Source: Marsupella aquatica (taxonomy: Eukaryota > Plantae > Marchantiophyta). Taken from it: a stretch of 64,000 nucleotides of DNA. The stretch covers positions 16,026,330 to 16,090,329 of the forward strand of contig OZ316898.1 in the NCBI GenBank assembly GCA_973895155.1, in the 5' to 3' direction. Below the pieces are notes generated by a model. The model made no database searches. It worked only from the letters and a program-made list of their open reading frames with translations, and had not been told where the DNA came from. Positions 60,130 to 64,000 of this stretch are shown here, in pieces (the stretch's first letter is position 1; each line of letters starts with the position of its first letter). The position numbers were made by a program, and so were the translations under genes.

Positions 60130-60299
60130 TCTCAGTTGAACAGAGTATACCAATTGGGAACTACGGATTGTGGTTTAGTGACCGCAAAACAACAATTTAT
60201 TGATTGCTATGCAGTTATGTTCGATTAGTAAGTTAGATAACCATTTTTGTTAGTCAGACAATTGGAAACCGATAATTTTGCCGGAAAATAGTATTTAAG

Positions 60300-63200
60300 G
60301 CAGGCAAGAGCGTAGAATAGGACAGCCCCGCCTGAGCCAATCCCTACGCTGAACATCAAGCCATGCTTTGGCATTAAGGAGGCAAGAGAGTTTCTTGCCA
60401 GGAGGAGACCGGCGACTCACAGCATATAGGTGATCAGCAGTCTCAGAAAGGACAAGTCCAAGATCAAATACCCCTATGACCCCCTACCTGGAACAAATGC
60501 TTGTTCTGTGCCAACCAAAGAGCCCATAAGACCTGGTAGAGAACAAACAGCTTGGCAACCTGTATGGAGTCTTTCCCGAATGAAGCATCAAGCAGAGACA
60601 TCAGCCCATGGCCAATTGGCAGACCTAAAACTTGCAAGAAGAGTTTGCACAGCCTCCAGCAACGGTCTGCAAAGTCACAAAGAAAGAAGAGGTGCGGAAT
60701 TGTCTCTAGGACATCGCTGCAAAGCTTGCAGCCGCCGTTGCTCACCTCCATGCGGAGTGCTCTTGCCCCAGTGAAGAGACCACCTGCAATAATCCGCCAG
60801 ATGAAGGTCTTCCCACGGGTTGATAGATAAGAGCCCCAGAGCTTGGTCCAGCCCACGCTCCATTCGCTCTCAGTGCGATGAGTAGACCAAGTGTGGTTAA
60901 GCCGACCACAAATGGAGGATTTGGGCCTCAGAAATTGGTATGCCCTGCAATTTTCAATTTTGAAGTCCTTCAGCACTTGTGCTTTGTCAGCCCATAGCCA
61001 TTGTTTGGCGTAGAGAAAGCTGTCAAAGCGATAGTATGGCGAGCTCCATATGAGTTCCAGGAAGGCCATTGCCAGCTTCCTATGCTCCATTGTGAATCCC
61101 CGCACGTGTTGCCATCTTAGAGGGAGATATTTCCAGCAACTATCCTCGGAAGACCAACCATCCCCGATGGACCTCAGGCCAAGTCTGCCACAGAAGGCTG
61201 TAACCCCAACAATATCCACATTGGGGAGAGAGTTGAAACCAGCCGTGCAGCGGAGAGAGTCATTTATACTCCACCGAGCAGGTGCACCCAATCGTCCAAG
61301 CACAAAAGAGAGGTAAGCTCTTACTAGCTCCTAGCTCTTCCACAGACCACCTGTATAGGATAGACCACCAAACGAGCGAGGGGTGCAAAGAAGAAGTTTA
61401 TCTTGAAAGGTGTAGCCATTACGTCTAATTGCCTTGTAATTCATCCATCCCATCAGTGACAGGTTGGCCTCAAGCATTCTTGCCCATTCAAGGTTAGGGA
61501 AATTCAGAGCTTTGGTGAACCATTGAGATAGCAAGGCATCAGAGTGGCTTTGAAAGTCTTTGAAGCCAAGACCCCCTTCAACTCTGGGAAGAGCAAGCGT
61601 GGCGTATTTCCCGATGCAGTCTCATAGCATCCCAGTGCGTGGGTGGCATCCTCAAAGGCCTCCTCAGAGGCAGGAATAAACATTCCCACGTCGTCCGCGA
61701 AAAGCCTGTAACAGATTGTGAGCGCCTCTGAGATTCTCAAGCCGCTGAGTCGCCCCGCATCCATCTCAACGTCCAGGAAATCCATTAGAGGCTGAGTGGA
61801 GATCACAAAGAGCAGTGGTGATAGTGGACAGCCCTATCGCACTCCACGCTTGAGAACAATTAGGCCCGACAGGAAGCCATTCACCAGGACTTTGGATGAT
61901 GGGTGAGCAAGCAGGGCACGTACAAGCATAATGAAGCGACCACTAATCCCTAGTAGATGCATACATTCCCAGATATAATCGTGGTTGACTCTGTCAAAAG
62001 CTTTTTCGAAATTGAGCTTCAAAAACAGTGCTTCTATCTTCCTGTTGTGCACCCAGTCGCATGTGAGCCAAGCAAGTGATATATTCTCCAAGATATGTCG
62101 TCCTGGGATAAAGCCAGTTTGCTGTGGGCTTATAATCTTATGCAAGATAGGCTTCAGGCGCAGAGCAACAATCTTAGCAATGACTTTATAGATGGTATTT
62201 AGCATTGTAAGTGGCCGCCACTCCTTAAGAAATCGCTTATCAGATTTCTTAGGGATGAATTTGATGATGCCATCACCAATCTCTGCAGCAAGCACCCCAG
62301 TGAGCCAAAATGCTTGGATCATTTCAATTAGGTCCTTACCAGTGAATTCCCAACAGGCTCTGTATACCTCCGCTGTCAATCCATCCGGACCAGGGGATTT
62401 GTCGTAGGGTAGCATCCATAGAACATCTTTCACCTCCTGTGCGGATGGCAGTGCTTCCATTTGTGATATCTCGGCAGCTGAAATGGCAAATCGTGTGTGA
62501 CTCAAAAGTCTTGTTTGTTCTCTCGTTTGCTTAGACACCTCCGTCTGTGAAGGATCAGGAGGCAAGTAAAGATCCTTACAGAAACGTTCCACTTCCTCCA
62601 GAATGCAGCGAGGATCAGTAATCACACTACCATCATCTTTGACCAGAGAGGACATTGCCTCTCTCGAGCGTTTTGCTTTCACAGTGGCAAAAAAGAACTT
62701 GGTGGATTTGTCTCCTTCACCCAGCCATTTCACTCGGGCCAATCTTCGGCCTCTTAGAGCTTCCTCAATTTCCGATGCATGCAGTGAGTCTTCAGCATCC
62801 ATGTATTCCAGAATTGCATCCTCCGAATGAGAGTCTAAGATTGATAGTTTCAGGGAACGCAATTTGGCCCTTAGGAAAGCTAGCTCTTCCTCACCCGTTT
62901 GAGGTTTAGCTTGTAGCTGAATGTACCTCCTCCGAAGCCTTCCACTGGCTAGGGTAAAGCGCAAATGGGGATCCTCGCTCACAACGCCAGCCTTCCAGGC
63001 ACCCTCCAAGAGTAGCAAGTCCTCCTCGCTTCGCAAAAGAGCCGGATTGGCCCTAAAGAACCTGAATTTCCCCCTCTCTCCTGCCAGCACTGTCCCTGTG
63101 AGTCGCAAAGTCAGTATCACCGGATCATGGTCAGACAGAGCCGACCCTCCATTGTGTAGAAGCTCCATAATTTTGCCTGTCCACCATCCCTGCTCACTTA

Positions 63201-64000
63201 AGTAGAATTGATCCAGCCTCGACTGCATCAGGTCCCCATTCCGCGTTTGCCTCCAAATAAAACGGGGGAATTGCCGGTGGAATCCTCTCTCCGTTCTGTC
63301 ATGTTGAAGTCACCGCATAGGATCCAATTCTCTTGTGGCAGTACCACCTTCAGGTCATTCCATAGCAATGCTCTTAGTCTAGAGGAGTTAGGGGCATAAA
63401 TGCTAGCAACCCCAAATCTCCCGGATTCCTCTTCCACTACTGCCCATACCTCTCTGCCCATATCTAGCAGTCCAGATGCGACCACCTTCAAGGACGGGTG
63501 AATTAGCAGTGCAGTTCCACCACGTCCCACATCGGGTGCAGAGGAGAAATGTTGAAAATCAGGGAGAATAGCTCGCATGGCCAAATCCAGTCTGAACTGG
63601 TCAGCCTTCACTCCTGGAGTGCAAGAATGCTCAAGGGCTGCTTCAAGGATTTGACCCAATTCTTGACAACGTGCTTCCTGTTGGGTTCGCAAAGACCACA
63701 AACGTTCCAAGATGCAATTCGGAACATTTCATCCATCCTCCTATGAACCATCAGTTTAGTCCATAGAAATACCCTACTCTGCTCAAAAATTACCTCATAT
63801 TCGGTTGCGTCCACCCGGGGACAGCCCAAAAGTCCCGCCACCAATGGATCCGCTCGCAGACCGGGTTGGGGAGACACCCATAGAGGAGTCAGGTCCCGCA
63901 TTACGTAACAGGAAGGGAGCCAGTGGAGCTGCTCTTGCAATTCCGCTAGTAACTTGATATTCCAGCAACATAGGTGCCCGCGGTCGCTGCGGGAATCACT
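60300..64000 (-). mobile_element. Degenerate plant L1-clade LINE ORF2 (APE, RT, zf-RVT)
   Basis: IASWNVCGL, CGDFN, SRLD, SDH; KSPGPDG, WRPLTMLN, QTGFIPGR, LFADD; CKLC...ETIPHLFFLC. Left boundary approximate. Confidence 0.92.

Overview
Gene-free, nested-transposon region of a eukaryote, most likely a non-seed land plant (inferred from plant-type L1, Copia, Tat-like Gypsy and CACTA elements plus RTEX-like LINEs). No host gene, rRNA, tRNA or CRISPR array was recognised. Two systems stand out. (1) A 4.6-5.0 kb TG...CA unit present four times; the copy at 42383-47021 has a perfect 5-bp TSD. It looks like a giant solo LTR, but most of its length is one ~1,200-codon ORF (plant-mobile-domain-like region plus long coiled coil). 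A divergent homologue at 57.9-59.4 kb is followed by an RPA70-C-like OB-fold ORF. (2) A young RTEX-like LINE family with nine pieces in 24 kb, one apparently intact (36531-40932). It has 181-bp 5' monomer arrays, ORF1 and ORF2 in frame across a single TGA, a conserved 3' hairpin and a (CATTAC)n tail. Several insertions sit at tail-homologous AATGG/ATGGT sites, mostly inside CACTA DNA, and some copies form head-to-head or converging joins. Family and domain names come from motif recognition by eye, not from database searches.
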